Assembly (NCBI GenBank): GCA_009914755.4
Contig: CP086569.2
Span: 21,536,001-21,600,000, forward strand
Direction of reading: 5' to 3'
DNA from: the human T2T-CHM13v2.0 reference genome, Homo sapiens
Length of the DNA stretch: 64,000 bases
Part shown: positions 11,900 through 24,960 of the stretch, piece by piece
Layout of the letters: each line of letters begins with the position of its first letter
Position numbering within the stretch: the stretch's first letter is position 1
Translations under genes and position numbers: made by a program
Notes under the pieces: generated by a model
The model's database searches: none
What the model was told of the DNA's origin: nothing
Seen by the model: only the letters and a program-made list of their open reading frames with translations

Positions 11900-13078
11900 T
11901 AAGAGATACATCTTTGCTAATATGAGGGAGAAAGCCAACAGACATGTGCAGAAAATACAGAAATCTTCAATAAAATTTTACCCAAAGGGAAAAAAATTAT
12001 AAAGATAGACAATAATCAAACTGTCAAAAACTTAGGTCAAAGAAAAACTTCTTAGATCTACAAGAAATAACAAGTATGTCACATATAAAGAAGTCCCAAT
12101 ATGACTATCAACAGACCTCTTTGTAGAAATCCTACAAGTCAGGAGACTTGCATAACATACTCAAAGTGCTGAAAGAAAAAATGAGGAAAACTACCCTTTT
12201 AGAAATGAGGGGAAAATGAAAACATTGTAATGCAAACAAAACTGAAAGACTTAATCACCACTAGGCCTGCCTTCCTGTAATTGTAGCTGTAATGATTAGG
12301 CTAAACATAATTTTATCTTTAGTTCAAGGTTAAAGGGGAAAATTACTTATAACTATAGCTAAAATATATTATCAAAGGATGTGTATTACAAAATAATGTA
12401 AGTATAGACATCAAATATATTAAAAATGGGTAAAGTAAAAGATAGCATTGTTAAATGGAGTCAAACTTAAGTTGTTATCAACTTGAAATAGAATGTTGTA
12501 GATAAAAGTTGTTCTAAGAAAGCTTTATGATAACCAAATAAAATATCTACTGAAAATTCAGGAAACAAAAGTTTAAAAACATTCAAAATTTATACTACAG
12601 GAAATTAACACCACAAAAAAAGCAAGAGAGAAAGAAAGAAACAGTTTATCTGCAAATAACAGAAAACAACTAAATGGCAGAAGTCTTTATGTATCAATAA
12701 TTACTCTGATGTAATGGAACAAAATGTCAAACAAAAAATACAGCAAATCAATGAATAAAAAATAAAACCAAATCACATACTGCTTATAAGAAACTCAATT
12801 CACTTTTAAAAACACACATAGACTGAAAGTGAAACTATGAAAAAAGAAAATGGAAACCAACAGAAAATGGTTTCCAAAAAGAAGTCAACAAACAGCAGGA
12901 ATAATTATGCTTATATCAGATAGAATGTATTTTTATCCAAAACAGTAGAAAGAAACAGAAGGAGCAGTATATGATGATACAAAGTAATTAAGGTAATATT
13001 AAAATTATAAATATATATTTATACATGACATTTGTATATAACATTAAAGCACCTAAATATAAATAGTAAATATTTAAA
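11900..13078 (+). mobile_element. Ancient L1 (L1M/L1P-like) fragment covering the ORF1 C-terminal region through the ORF2 N-terminus, + strand. Heavily mutated.
   Basis: A-rich coding-strand composition. nt ~12120-12290 translate to …FRNEGKMKT…LITTRPALL (compare the L1 ORF1 end …RNEGEIKTF.DKQKL.EFITTRPALQE). nt ~12990-13075 translate to IKVILKL*IYIYT*HLYITLKHLNINSK (compare the ORF2 N-terminal region IKGSIQQEDITIVNIYAPNIGAPKYIKQ, within which …NIYAPN.GAP.YIKQ recurs). Confidence 0.5.
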
Positions 13079-14749
13079 ACCTGGGAAACTTCTGGCTGAC
13101 AACTGTGAATGCAGCTTCAATATGGGAAAGGGGAAGATAGTGTCCATCTGTAATCCACCTTTCCACTGGATAACTGTGAAAATCACCTGAAGAGAACCTT
13201 GTTTTTCTCAAAACCTGGAGGTCACTTGGGGGGTGGCTGAAAAACTGTGAGAAGGAAAACCCTGGGAAAGGGCCTAGAAATACTTCCAAAACAAGGACCC
13301 AATAGAAGGGTGTCATTTTCAACCCTGACTTGTACTAATCTTAGTGAGATTTGTCAACTTACCAACAGATGCTGCTGTGGGCATTACAAGAGTCTTGAGT
13401 CAGAGATTGGACTGTTGGGTCTCAAGCAGGGATGAAACCCCATAGAAAAAACTCAGTGGCAACTGTGAAGTGCACTGCAGAATTAGCATTGGAGATGGGC
13501 TCCTGTTGCTTCATGAGATCAGAATGGAAAAAGATTTGCTAGAGAGCCTTGGTTTTTCCCAAAAAACAAATCACTGTGGGTGATGATGAATATGAGATAT
13601 AAACCCAATCTTCATGTGACTTTACTGAATATCCAGCTCACACTTCTCTTGGACCCCCTCTTCAGAGCTGACCCTTATACTCACCAATAGGGGGCCTAGT
13701 GTATGATTTAAAAACATGAACAAACTGTAATCTCACATTACTGCTCTGTTCTAAGATGCAAATAGGAACAGCTCCCATCTGCAGCTCCCAGGGTGATCAA
13801 CGCAGATTATGGGTGATTTCTGCATTTCAAACTGAGATACCCAGTTCATCTCATTGGGACTGATTGGACAGTGGGTGCAGCCCACATAGGTGAACCCAAA
13901 GCAGGTTGGGGCACCGCCAAACTCAGGAAGCACAAGGGGTCAGTGGACTTCCCTTGACCATGTCATATTATACCTGGAAAAATGGGACACTTCTGCCAAA
14001 ATACTGCACTTTTCCCATGGTCTAAACAATGGGAGATTCTCTCCCATGCCTGGCTTAGCAGGTTCCAAACCCACAGAGCCTTGCTCACTACTAGCAAAGC
14101 AATCAGAGAGCAACCTGCAAAGCGCACCATGGTGGGGGAAGGGGCATCCGCCATTGCTGAGGCTTGAGTAGGTAAACAAAGTGGCTGGGAAGTTCAAACT
14201 AGACAGAACCCACCACAGCTCAGCAAGGACTGCCTCTGTAGACTCCACCTCTGTGGGCAGGGCATAGCTGAACAAAAGGCAGCAGAAACCTCTGCAGACT
14301 TAAACATCACCATCTGACAACTCTGAAGAGACCGGTGGTTCTTCCAGCATGGTATATGAGCTCTGAGAATGACAGACTGCCTCTTCAAGTGGGTCCCGGA
14401 CCCCCACGTAGCCTAACTAGGAGACATCACTGAGTAGGGGCTGACAGACACCTCAAACAGGGAGATGATCCTCTGGGATGAAGCTTCCAGAGGAATAATC
14501 AGGGAGCAATATTTGCTGTTCCATAGTATTTGCTGTGCTGCATCCTCCACTGGTGATACCCAGGGAAACAGGGTCTGGAGAAGGCCTCCAGCAAACTCCA
14601 ACAGACCTGCAGCTGAGGGACCTGACTATTAGAAGGAAAACTAACAAACACAAAGGAATAGCATCAACATCAACAAAAAGGACATCCAAAAGAAAACCCC
14701 ATCTGTAGGTCACCAGTATCAAAGACTAAAAGGAGATAAAACCAGAAAG

Positions 14750-15740
14750 ATGGGGAGAAACCAGAGCAGAAAAGATGAAAATTCTAAAAACCAGAGTGCC
14801 TCTTCTACAAAGAATTGTAGCAATGGAACAAAGCTGGATGGAGAATGACTTTGACAAGCTTACAGAAGTAGGCTTCAGAAGGTCAGCAATAACAAACTTC
14901 TCTGAGCTAAAGGAGCTTGTTCTAACCCATCGCAAGGAAAATAAAAACCTTAAAAAAAGGTTAGATGAATGGCTAACTAGAATAAACAGTGTATAGAATG
15001 ATCTGATGGAGCTAAAAATCATGGCAGAGAACTTTGTGATGCAAGCACAAGATTCAACAGCCAATTCAATCAAGTGGAAGAAAGGATATCAATGATTGAA
15101 GACCAAATTAATGAAATAAAATGAGAAGACAAGATTAGAGAAAACAGAGTAAAAAGAAACAAAGCCTCCAAGAAATATGGGACAATGTGAAAAGGCCAAA
15201 TATATGTTTGATTGGTGTAACTGAAAGTGATGGAGAGAATGCAACCAACTGGGAAAATACTCTTCAGGATATTATCCAGGAGAATGTCCAACCTAGCAAG
15301 GCAGGCCAACTTTCAAATTCAAGATATACAGAGAACACCACAAAGACACTCCTTGAGAATAGCAACCCCAAGATATAGAATTTTCAGGTTCCCCAAAGTT
15401 GAAATGAAAAATTAAATCAAGAGGAGCGAGAGAGAAAGGTCGCATTACCCACAAAGGAAAACCCATTGGAATAACAGCTGATCTATTGGAAGAAACATTA
15501 CAAGTCAGAAGACTGGGGGCCAATATTCAGCATTCTTAAAGAAAAGAATTTTCAACCCAGAATTTCATATCTAGCCAAACTAATCTTCATAAATGAAGTA
15601 GAAATAAAATCCTTTACAGAAAAGCAAATTCTGAGAGATTTTGTCACCACCAGGCCTACCTTACAAGAGCTCCTGAAGAAAGCACTAAACATGGAAAGAA
15701 ACAACCAGTACCAGCCACTGCAAAAACATGCTATATTGTA
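14750..15740 (+). pseudogene. L1 ORF1 (RNA-binding protein), interrupted by several stops and frameshifts.
   Basis: ORFs 14775-14996, 15187-15378 and 15227-15415 contain QSWMENDFDKLTEVGFRRS, KRPNICLIGVTESDGENATNWENTLQDIIQENVQ and FRILSRRMSNLARQANFQIQDIQRTPQRHSLRIATPRYRIFRF. These are L1 ORF1 blocks lying in different frames. Confidence 0.85.
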
Positions 15741-15804
15741 AAGTCCACTGATGCTATGAAAAAACCGCATCAATTAACGGGCAAAAATACCAGCTTACAT
15801 CATA

Positions 15805-18800
15805 ATGATGGGATCAAATTCACACATAAAAATATTAACTTTAAATGTAAATGGCCTAAATGCCCAAACTAAAAGACACAGACTGGCAAATTGGATAGAG
15901 TCAAGCCCCATCAGTGTGCTGTATTCAGGAGACCCACCTCACGTGCAGAGACACATAGGCTCAAAATAAAGGAATGGAGGAAGATCTACCAAACAAATGG
16001 AAAACAGAAAAAAAAAAAGCAGAGGTTGCAATCCTAATCTCTGATAAAACAGACTCTAAACCAAAAAAGATCACAAGAGACAAAGAAGGCCATTACATAA
16101 TGGCAAAGGGATCAATTCAACAAGAAGAGCTAGCTATCCTAAATATATATGCACTCAATACAGGAGCACCCAGATTCATAAAGCAAGCCCTTAAAGACCT
16201 ACAAAGAGACTTAGATTCCCACACAATAATAATGGGAGACTTTAACACCCCACCATCAATATTAGAAAGATCAACAAGACAGAAAGTTAACAGGGATATC
16301 CAGGACTTGAACTCAGCTCTGCACCAAGCAGACCTAATAGACATCAGCAGAATCCTCCACCCCAAATCAACAGAATATACATTCTTCTCTGCACCACATT
16401 GTACTTATTCTAAAATTGCCCACAAAATTGGAAGTAAAGCACTCCTCAGCAAATATAAAAGAACAGAAATCACAACAAACTATCTCTCAGACCACAGGGC
16501 AAGCAAATTAGAACTGAGGATTAAGAAACTCACACAAAACCACACAAATACATGGAAACTGAATAACCTGCTCCTCTATGACTACTGGGTAAATAACGAA
16601 ATGAAGGCAGAAATAAAGATGTTCTTTGAATCCAATGAGAAAAAGGACAGAATGTACCAGAATCTCTGGGACATATTTAAAGCAGTGTGTAGAGGAAAAC
16701 TTATAGTAGTAAATGTCCACAAAAGAAAGAAGGAAAGATGTAAAATCGACACACTAATATCACCATTAAAAGAACTAGAGAAGCAACAGCAAACAAATTC
16801 AAAAGCTAGCAGAAGACAAGAAATAACTAAGATCAAAGCAAAACTGTAGGAGATAGAGACATAAAAAATCCTTAAAAAAAAAATGAATCCAGGAGCTGCT
16901 TTTTTGAAAAGTTCAACAAAATTGATAGACCACTAGCAAAACTAATAAAGAAGAAAAGAGAGAAGAGTCAAGTAGATGCAATAAAAAATGATAAACAGGA
17001 TATCAGCACCAATCCTACAGAAATCCAAACTACCATAGAGAATACTATAAACACCTCTATGCAAATAAAGTAAAGAATCTAGAAGAAACAGATAAATTCC
17101 TGGACACCTACACCCTCCCAAGACCAAACCAGGAAAGAAGGTGAATCTCTGAATAGACCAATAGCAGGCTCTGAAATTGAGGCAATAATTAAGTGGCCTA
17201 TCAAACAAAAGAAGTCCAAGAGCAGACAGATTCACAGCCAAATTCTACAAGAGGTACAAAGAGGACCTGGCATCATTCCTTCTGAAACTATTCCAATCGA
17301 TAGAAAAAGAGGGAATTCTCCCTAACTCAATTTATGAGGCCAGCATCATCCTGTTACCAAAGCCTGGCTGAGGCACAACAAGAAAAAAGTATTTTAGAAG
17401 AATATCCCTGAAGACCATTGATGTGAAAATCCTGAACAAGATACTAGCAAACCAAATCCAGCTGCACGTCAAAAAGTTTATCCACCATGATCATGTCAGC
17501 TTCATCCCTGGGATGCAAGGCTGGTTCAACATATGCAAATCAATAAACGTAATGCATTTCATAGACAAACCAATGAGAAAAAACACATGATTATCTCAAT
17601 AGATGCAGAAAAGGCCTTTGACAAAATTTCACAGCCGTTCATGCTAAAAATCTCAATAAACTGGGTATTGATGGAATGTATCTCCAAATAATAAGAGCTA
17701 TTTATGACAAACACACAGACAAAATCATACTGAATGGTCAAAAACTGGAAGTATTCCCTTTGAAAGCTGGCACACGACAAGGATGCCTTCTCTCAACACT
17801 CCTATTCAACATAGTGTTAGAAGGTCTAGCCAGGGCAATCAAGCAAGAGAAAGAAATAAAGAGTATTCAATAAGGAACAGAGGAAATCAAATTGTCCCTG
17901 TTTTCAGATGACATGATTGTATATTTAGGAAACCCCATTGTCTCAGCCCAAAATCTCCTTAAGCTGATAAGCAACTTCAGCAAAGTCTCAGGATTCAAAA
18001 TCAATATGCAAAAATCACAAGCATTCCTATACACCAATAACAGACAAACAGAGAGACAAATCATGAGTGAACTCCCATTCACAATTGCTACAAAGAGAAT
18101 AAAATACCTAGGAATCCAACTTAAAAGGGTTGTGAAGGACCTCTTCAAGGAGAACTACAAACCGCTGCTCAATGGAATAAAAGAGGACACAAACAAATGG
18201 AAGAACATTCCATGCTCATGGATAGGAAGAATCAATATCATGAAAATGACCATACTGCCGAAGGTAAATTCTGGATTCAATGCCATTCCCATCCAGCTAC
18301 CAATGAGTTTCTTCATAGAACTGGAAAAAAACTACTTTAAAGTTCAAATGGAACCAAAAAGAGCTTGCATTGCAAAGACAATCCTGAGCAAACAGAACAA
18401 AGCTGGAGTTATCAGGCTACCTGACTTCAAACTATACTACAAGCTACATTAATCAAAACAGTATGGTACTTGTACTAAAAGAGATATATAGTCCAATGGA
18501 ACAAAAAAGAGGCCTCAGAAACAACACCACACATCTGCAACCATCTGATCTTTGACATAACTGAATAGAACAAGAAATGGGGAAAGGATTCCCTATTTAA
18601 TAAATGATGCTGTGGTAACTGGCTAGCCATATATAGAAAGCTGAAACTGGATCCCTTCCTTACCCCTTATACAAAAATTAATTCAAGATGGATTAAAGAC
18701 TTAACTATTAGACCTAAAAACATAAAAACCCTAGAATAAAACCTATGCAATACCATTCAGTACATAGGCATGGACAAGGACTTCATGACTAAAACATGAA

Positions 18801-19747
18801 AAGCAATGGCAACAAAAGCCAAAATATACAAGTGGGATCTAATTAAACTAAAGACCTTCTGCACAGCAAAAGAAACTACAATCAGAGTGAACAGGCAACC
18901 TACAGAATGGGAGAAAATATTTGCAATCTACCCATCTGACAAAGGATTAATATCCAGGATCTACAAAGAACTTAAACAAATTTACAAGAAAAAAAAACTA
19001 CCTTATCAAAAATTGGGCAAAGGATATGAACAGACACTTTTCAAAAGAAGACACTTATGCATCCAACAGCCACATGAAAAAATGCTCATCCTCACTAGTT
19101 ATCAGAGAAATGCAAATCAAAACCACAATGAGATACCATCTCATGCCAGTTAGAATGGTGATCATTAAAAAGTCAGGAAACAATGGATGCTAGAGAAGAT
19201 GTAGAGGAATAAGAATTTTTTCAGCGTTGGTGGGACTGCAAACAAGTTCAACCATTGTGGAAGACAGTGTGGCGATTCCTCAAGGATCTAGAACTGGAAA
19301 TATCATTTGACGCAGCCATCCCATTACTGGGTATATACCCAAACGATGATAAAGCATGCTGCTATAAAGACACATGAACATGTATGCTTATTGCAGCACT
19401 ATTCACAATAGCAAAGACTTGGAACCAACCCAAATGTCCATCAATGATAGACTGCATTAAGAATTGTGGCCCATATATACCAAGGAATACTATGCAGCCA
19501 TAAGAAAGATGAATCCATGTCCTTTGCAGGAACATATATGCAGCTGGAAACCATCATTCTCAGCAAATCTGTTCTCACTCAGGTGGGAACTGAACAGAAC
19601 ACTTGGACACAGGGCATGGAACATCACATACCAGGGCCTGTCAGGGGGTGGGGGGCCAGGGAAGGGATAGCATTAGGAGAAATACCTAATGTAAATGACA
19701 AGTCGATGAGTGCAGCAAACCAACATGGCACATGTATACCTATGTAA
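15805..19747 (+). pseudogene. L1 ORF2 (endonuclease and reverse transcriptase), broken into several ORFs. Includes the 291-aa ORF 15974-16849 (EN domain) and the 186-aa ORF 17892-18452 (RT domain).
   Basis: ORF 15974-16849 runs …[65 protein letters not shown]…[18 protein letters not shown] 17676-17873 has [40 protein letters not shown] 17892-18452 has [51 protein letters not shown]…. The FADD motif survives as FSDD. Stops lie between the segments. Confidence 0.85.
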
Positions 19748-19810
19748 CAAACCTACACGTTGTCCACATGTATCCTAGAACTTAAAGTATAATAATAGTA
19801 ATAAAGAAAC

Positions 19811-20420
19811 TCATATTACTAATAAATACACTTATATAGTTAATGCAGAGAACTGGAGAATGGTATCTTCAGAAATGAAAACCAAAACTAGCATAAATAG
19901 CTACAGTTATATGAGATAAAACACACTTCAAATTGGAAACAGTTGGCCCAGCACAGTGGCTTGTACTTGTAATTTCAGTGGTTTGGGAAGTCAAGCAGGA
20001 GGTCCATTTGATCCTATGAGTTTGAAACCAGTTTGGGGAAGAGGTTCATACAGACCCACTTCTCTACAACCAAACAAAAAATGATTTTAAATTTAGAATT
20101 AAGAGCAGTGAAAATCGAAAAACACAATTAGATATTATCTCAAATCATTACTGGATATATACCCAAAGGAAAATAAACATTTGACCAAAAAGACACATAC
20201 TTCTATTTTTATCACAGCAAAGAAATGGAATCAACCTTATCTTCATTAATGGTGGATTGCATAAAGAAATATGATACACATACACAACTCAACACTATGC
20301 AGTCATAAAAAGGAATGAAATTATGCTTTTGTAACATGAATGCAGCTAGGGACCATTATCCTAAGGAAATTAACACAGAAACTGAAAATCAAATATGGCA
20401 TGTTCTCACTTATTTAGGAC
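19811..20420 (+). mobile_element. Ancient L1 ORF2 C-terminal/3' fragment, + strand. It is pre-insertion host sequence contiguous with 13080-13746, and contains a FLAM-like Alu-monomer fragment at ~19945-20035.
   Basis: nt 20140-20420 translate to …LLDIYPKENKHLTKKTHTSIFITAKKWNQPYLH*WWIA*RNMIHIHNSTLCSHKKE*NYAFVT*MQLGTIILRKLTQKLKIKYGMFSLI (compare L1 …LLGIYPKE.K.…FIAALFTIAK.WKQPKCPS.DEWIKKMWYIYTMEYYSAIKKNEI.SFAATWMELEAIILSELTQEQKTKY.MFSLI). The FLAM-like segment reads ggcccagcacagtggcttgtacttgtaatttcagtggtttgggaagtcaagcaggaggtccatttgatcctatgagtttgaaaccag. Confidence 0.5.
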
Positions 20421-20650
20421 TCAGGCTGACCTATACTGCCTAGAAGAGCAAGCTCTCTTGGGTATATGTTTTATTACACAATCTGCCCCTGACATTAAAA
20501 AAAAGCTACAAAAAGCCATCATGGGACCTCAAACCTCTATGAGTCAACTGTTAAATGTGGTCTTTAAAGTTTACAACAATAGAGATAAAGTAAAAGATGT
20601 GATAGTAGACCCAGAATTAATAGCTCCAAAGTGCAATTATTAACAAATCC
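20395..20650 (+). mobile_element. Class I ERV gag (capsid C-terminal) fragment.
   Basis: ORF 20395-20643 …SAPDIKKKLQKAIMGPQTSMSQLLNVVFKVYNNRDK… follows the gamma-type CA block pattern …dlKnKtlgDLVREAEKIFNKRET of MLV-like gag by eye. Confidence 0.45.
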
Positions 20651-21075
20651 TTTAATCCCTTTTCACCATCAGAGTTATCTACCCTTAGAAAGTACCACAA
20701 GATCAGCCACTGGGATGTCTAGACAGTAGTCCCTGACTCACCATACCCTGGGCCAGGATCACTGGGCCTACTATAAGCAAAAGGGCCTTTGACAATGATA
20801 ATTTCCTAACTGTCCCTGAAAACAGAAAGAGAAAAAATCTCCCTATTACTTCTAGAGCTAACAGACTTCATCCACTAGCCCCAAAGAGGTGTCTTGCTCA
20901 AGTAAGTTTACTGGGAGTCTTGGACCCTTGACCTGACGGAAAGCTTCTTGCAGTAGAGGACAAGTGAACAGTTTTTTGTCAGAGTCTCTGCTGCTGGATG
21001 AGCTCTCAGGTTGCTCAGAGACCCCGAAGTCTCCCATTGAGCACTGCTGTTCACCCCTTCCCTTTCCTTTTTCTT

Positions 21076-21360
21076 TCTTTTTTTTTTTTGAAATGGAGTC
21101 TTGCTCTGTCACCCAAGCTGGAGTGCAGTGTCACAATCTTGGCTCACTGCAACCTCTGCTTCTTAGGTTCAAGATATTCTCCTGCCTCAGCCTCCTGAGT
21201 AGCTGGGATTACAGGTGCCCAAAACCACACCCGGCTAATTTTTGTATTTTTAGTAGAGATGAGATTTCACCATATTGGCCAGGCTGGTCTTAAACTTTTG
21301 ACCTTTTGATCTCAGCCTCCCCAAGTGCTGTGATTACATGCATGAGCCACTGTGCCCAGC
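21076..21360 (-). mobile_element. Full-length Alu, minus strand, with flanking direct repeat accccttcc(c)tttc.
   Basis: (t)14gaaatggagtcttgctctgtcacccaagctggagtgcagtgtcacaatcttggctcactgcaacctctgc…gctgtgattacatgcatgagccactgtgcccagc. The TSD is read at 21058-21072 and 21361-21375. Confidence 0.85.
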
Positions 21361-24300
21361 ACCCCTTCCTTTCTTATCTGATGCTGTAAAATCCCCTTCC
21401 TTGTCTCTTCCTCTTTTCCATGCCTATTGGGGCAAAAAACAAAACAAAACAAAAAACTGGCCATATATATGGGTTCCAATTTTGCAAATAATTTGAAATC
21501 TGTTGTCTCCTGTAGGTTAAAACAATAATTAATGTGCTTGTTTAAGTGTGTACACAGGTATTTTGGTGTATGTTAGGTCTAACATGCTATCAAATTGGCT
21601 TATAAATTAAAGAGGACTCATAAATTTCTAAACATATTATAAAAAGAATGTTGTGTCTCCTAAAATGTAACATAAATATTTTTACCGAGGTAAATTATTA
21701 ATGTCTTAGATTTTAAAATGGTTGAAATGGTTTTAAATGGGGACTAGCTCTGTGTGGTATCTTGTTTTTTGGAGGTTGTCTACATAAAAGTGTTGTAAGT
21801 GAAAAAGTTAAACACATATGAATAGAACAGATGCTTAAATAGTGAGTTTTTGTATAGTTAAAAATCTTAAAATTATCAAATGATTTTCATCTATAGAATT
21901 CCAATGCCTGGTGGACAGTTCAGGACTTCTTGCTTCCTAGGTTTTATATAAAATGTCCCAAGGAAATGTATTCTTTATTAGGAAAATGATTTCTGTCTAA
22001 TTCCAAAGTTATTAAAATGGAAGTTCAAAATATGATGAGATCAGTGGTAGAAAAAAGAGATATTGAGAATTTTATGAATAGAAAATGTGATTTTTTTTTT
22101 TGCTAGGAAGAATATATGAAGAAGGAGTAATTTGTTATAAGGATGGATACTTACAGTAAACTCTCGTTCTAGAGTAGAAAGATTGGTTTTAAGAAAGAGG
22201 TAGTATAAGAGAAGTCAGAAAGTCCAAACATGTTGTATATGATCCGTGTAAGTTGTGATAAGGTTCATAAAGTGGAATTTATAAAAGTAATTTTGTGTGT
22301 GATTAAGCTAACTATACCTAAAAGGAAATTGTTTATAACAGTCTCTCTTAAAAAAAAAAGTTATATGTGTTAAAACCAAACTTTCTTGACATTAATTTTC
22401 TAAATTGCCAATTTTACTTTTCAATCTTTTAATCTATTTCTTTTTTAAAAAAATTGTCAGATTTATATAACTCTCCTTTAGCTTTTTGTCAGCTCCTGTG
22501 AGTTTTTCTCTGATTTTCATTGTTTTTATTGCCTGGTGCTAAGGTGTTTTGTCTTAATTTTATGCCTACATTCACAAGGTTCCCCAACATAAAAATAAAA
22601 CATTGCTCTTCTCCACAAGGGAAAGAAATGGTTCCCTGTTCAACCAAAAGAGTTAGTTTTACTAAAAAGAAGAATCCTTGTTGATCAATTTCAATAAAAT
22701 TGTAATTTCCACTGGGTATTGTTAAATATCATCCCCACTGTTACACATCAGAAAATAACTACTTAGATAGACCTATCAATGATTAAACCTGTTTCTTATG
22801 AGTCATAGCCACAGAAGGAGGATGCCACAATCTATCTCAGCAAACCTCAGGAAAACTTTCCTTACCTGTTTTAAAGAATCAGCACTCAGCCAGAGTGGTA
22901 ATGTGCTGCTGCGTGTGGGAATAGAGACATTATTTTCATGTCTTCATGACTGTAATACTTCTTTTCTATCACTTTAGCCAGCCACCTCTTCCTGGGAAAT
23001 GCCTCTCTTCTTCTTAGATGTTGAGACCACCTAAGGCTCAAACAGACACTATGCTACCACTGTTAGTGTTCTATGCTGTCTCAATTATCTTGATTCAGGG
23101 TGGGTGGAAACTGCCAAGACCAGCTTAGTCATGGAGACCCTAACTTAGTGGTGCTAGAGGAATTAAAGACACACAGAAATATAGCCATGTGGAATGGGAA
23201 AATCAGGAGACCCACAGCCTTCAGAACTGAGAGCCCTGAACAGAGATTTACCCACATATTTATTGACAGCAAGCCAGTGATAAGCATTATTTCTATAGAT
23301 TATAGATTAAAAGTATTCCTTATGGGAAACAAAGGGACAGGCCAAAACAAAGAGATTGGCTTTTGCTAGTTATCTGAAGCAGAAACATGTCCTGAAGGCA
23401 CAGATCGCTCATGTTATTGTTTGTGGTTCAGGAACACCTTTAAGCAGTTTTCTGCCCTGGGTGGGCCAGGTGTTCCTTGCCCTCATTCTGGTAAACCCAC
23501 AACCTTCAATGTGGGCATCATGGCCATAATGAACATGTCACATTGCAGCAGAGATTTTGTTTATGGCCAGTTTTGGGCCCAGTTTATGGCCAAATTTGGG
23601 GGCCTGTTCCCAACAGACAGAAAACTTTAGAATAAATATTTCAAAAAATTGTAGTGACAGGAAATCATTTTTATGGTTGCTAGGTTTGTTATTAGCATCC
23701 CCAGGATAGAGAGTTCTATCTTCTGACCTATTAAAAACATCTCATAGCCATGTTCCCAGATTTCCTAACTAACCAGAGTGATCCCAGAGCACACAAACCT
23801 TTAGTACTTAAGTGGAAATCTCCCTAACTTAATGGCTTCTACCTGAAACCCTCCCCACCACCATTACTTGTATCTGGAAAATTAGGTATTTATATCTCCA
23901 GTGCAGTAATGATTCTTTTGCACCAATGTTGTCTCATTAAAACAAAAGTAGAAGCTTCTCTGTGATGCTCTGATCCAAATATAGGTGACCAGTTTGCAAG
24001 GCCACAGTGTAGTAAATGGAATTCCACTTGTGAGGAGACCATATGCAGTGCCTTCTCCCAGAGTTAGAAAATACAAGTGAAAAACAACTACTTATTATGG
24101 GAACATGAGAGTATTGCCCTCGTTAAAAAAAATAAATAAAAATTGTTACAGCACTCCCAGTGAAATGAGAAAAATATCTTTATGGATTCAACTTGGCCTA
24201 GCAAAGGATTAGCATCACACCCTGCAGGCCATCTTTTTATATCCCAATTTGGCTCCTTTTTCTTTGTGGCCATGAATAGGAAGGAGTCATGCTTTGTGAC

Positions 24301-24539
24301 TACTTCCAGCTGCCTGGGGAGTCACATGTTCTTTTAGATGTAGCTTTCACTTATATTTGAAAACTTCAAACAGAGGAAAATGTAATTGGCTACCTTTGCC
24401 CCTCTGGGTGTCATTGTCTGTTACCCCATAGGACCTTAGAAAACCAAAAGTAAGCAAGCAATAGGGTTAATTCTGGCAGAAATTAAGGCAGCAATACGAC
24501 TAGTGGCACACTGGGGTTGCTTTGCTTGCCTCAAGATAA

Positions 24540-24960
24540 CTCTCAAGAACTTTATTTAAATCCTTTAGATTCTAAATCCTAGAATCCTTAGCCACCAACA
24601 AAAATCAGGCACTACAGGGAATTCAAGAGTGCTTAGACTCTTTGGCAAATGTAGTTCTTGATAATGGAGTACTGTTGGATTGTTTACTGACATGACAAAC
24701 TGAAGTCTGTGAAGTTAAAAAACTGCTGCACATATATTAACAACTCTGAACAGGTTAAGGTTAACATTCAAAAGATCTATGAGCATGCTACCTGGTTACA
24801 TAGATATAACCAGGACACTGACCCCAAATATGTCATGTTAACTGTCAAAAATCACTTTCCTAGTCTCACCTGGACTTTACATCTCCTAGGACCTTTGATA
24901 GCTGTCTTGCTGTTACAATTCTTGACCCTTACTTCTTTAACTTCTTAGTAAAGTTTATGT
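24540..24960 (+). mobile_element. Class I ERV env transmembrane-subunit fragment (immunosuppressive-domain region through the membrane anchor).
   Basis: Translation gives …QALQGIQECLDSLANVVLDNGVLLDCLLT*QTEVCEVKKLLHIYINNSEQVKVNIQKIYEHATWLH…WTLHLLGPLIAVLLLQFLTLTS. Compare the gamma-type TM [35 protein letters not shown]…[36 protein letters not shown]. It has the spacing VVL.N..LD.LLT.Q..C followed by a hydrophobic anchor. Confidence 0.45.

Larger units (their letters stand above)
13747..19810 (+). mobile_element. Full-length LINE-1 of an L1PA-like primate-specific subfamily, ~6.06 kb: 5' UTR, ORF1, ORF2, 3' UTR with a degenerate A-tail. Flanked by a 12-bp target site duplication ctcacattactg / ctcatattacta. 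Both ORFs are disrupted.
   Basis: The 5' end aagatgcaaataggaacagctcccatctgcagctcccagggtgatcaacgcagattatgggtgatttctgcatttcaaactgagatacccagttcatctcattgggactgattggacagtgggtgcagcccac parallels the L1PA 5' UTR start. ORF1 begins at ATG 14750 (MGRNQSRKDENSKNQSASSTKN…) and ORF2 at ATG 15805 (MMGSNSHIKILTLNVNGLNAQTKRHRLANWIESS…). The 3' end is …PNVNDKSMSAANQHGTCIPM* then cctagaacttaaagtataataatagtaataaag. The TSDs are read at 13735-13746 and 19811-19822. Confidence 0.85.

Noticed and set aside
13080-13746. Possible extended 5' UTR of the + strand L1 or a separate element upstream of it.
   Set aside because: The 12-bp TSD places the L1 5' end at ~13747. Sequence 13080-13746 is pre-insertion host DNA contiguous with 19823 onward. 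I could not classify it and did not annotate it.
15974-16849. 291-aa ORF that could be read as an intact endonuclease gene.
   Set aside because: It is the L1 ORF2 endonuclease domain of the full-length L1 at 13747-19810. ORF2 as a whole is interrupted downstream at ~16850, ~17875 and further on, so no functional ORF2p can be made.
20858-21112. 84-aa minus-strand ORF (…[20 protein letters not shown]…).
   Set aside because: It runs into the poly-T/poly-A tail and body of the Alu at 21076-21360. It is lysine-rich because of the A-tract and is spurious.
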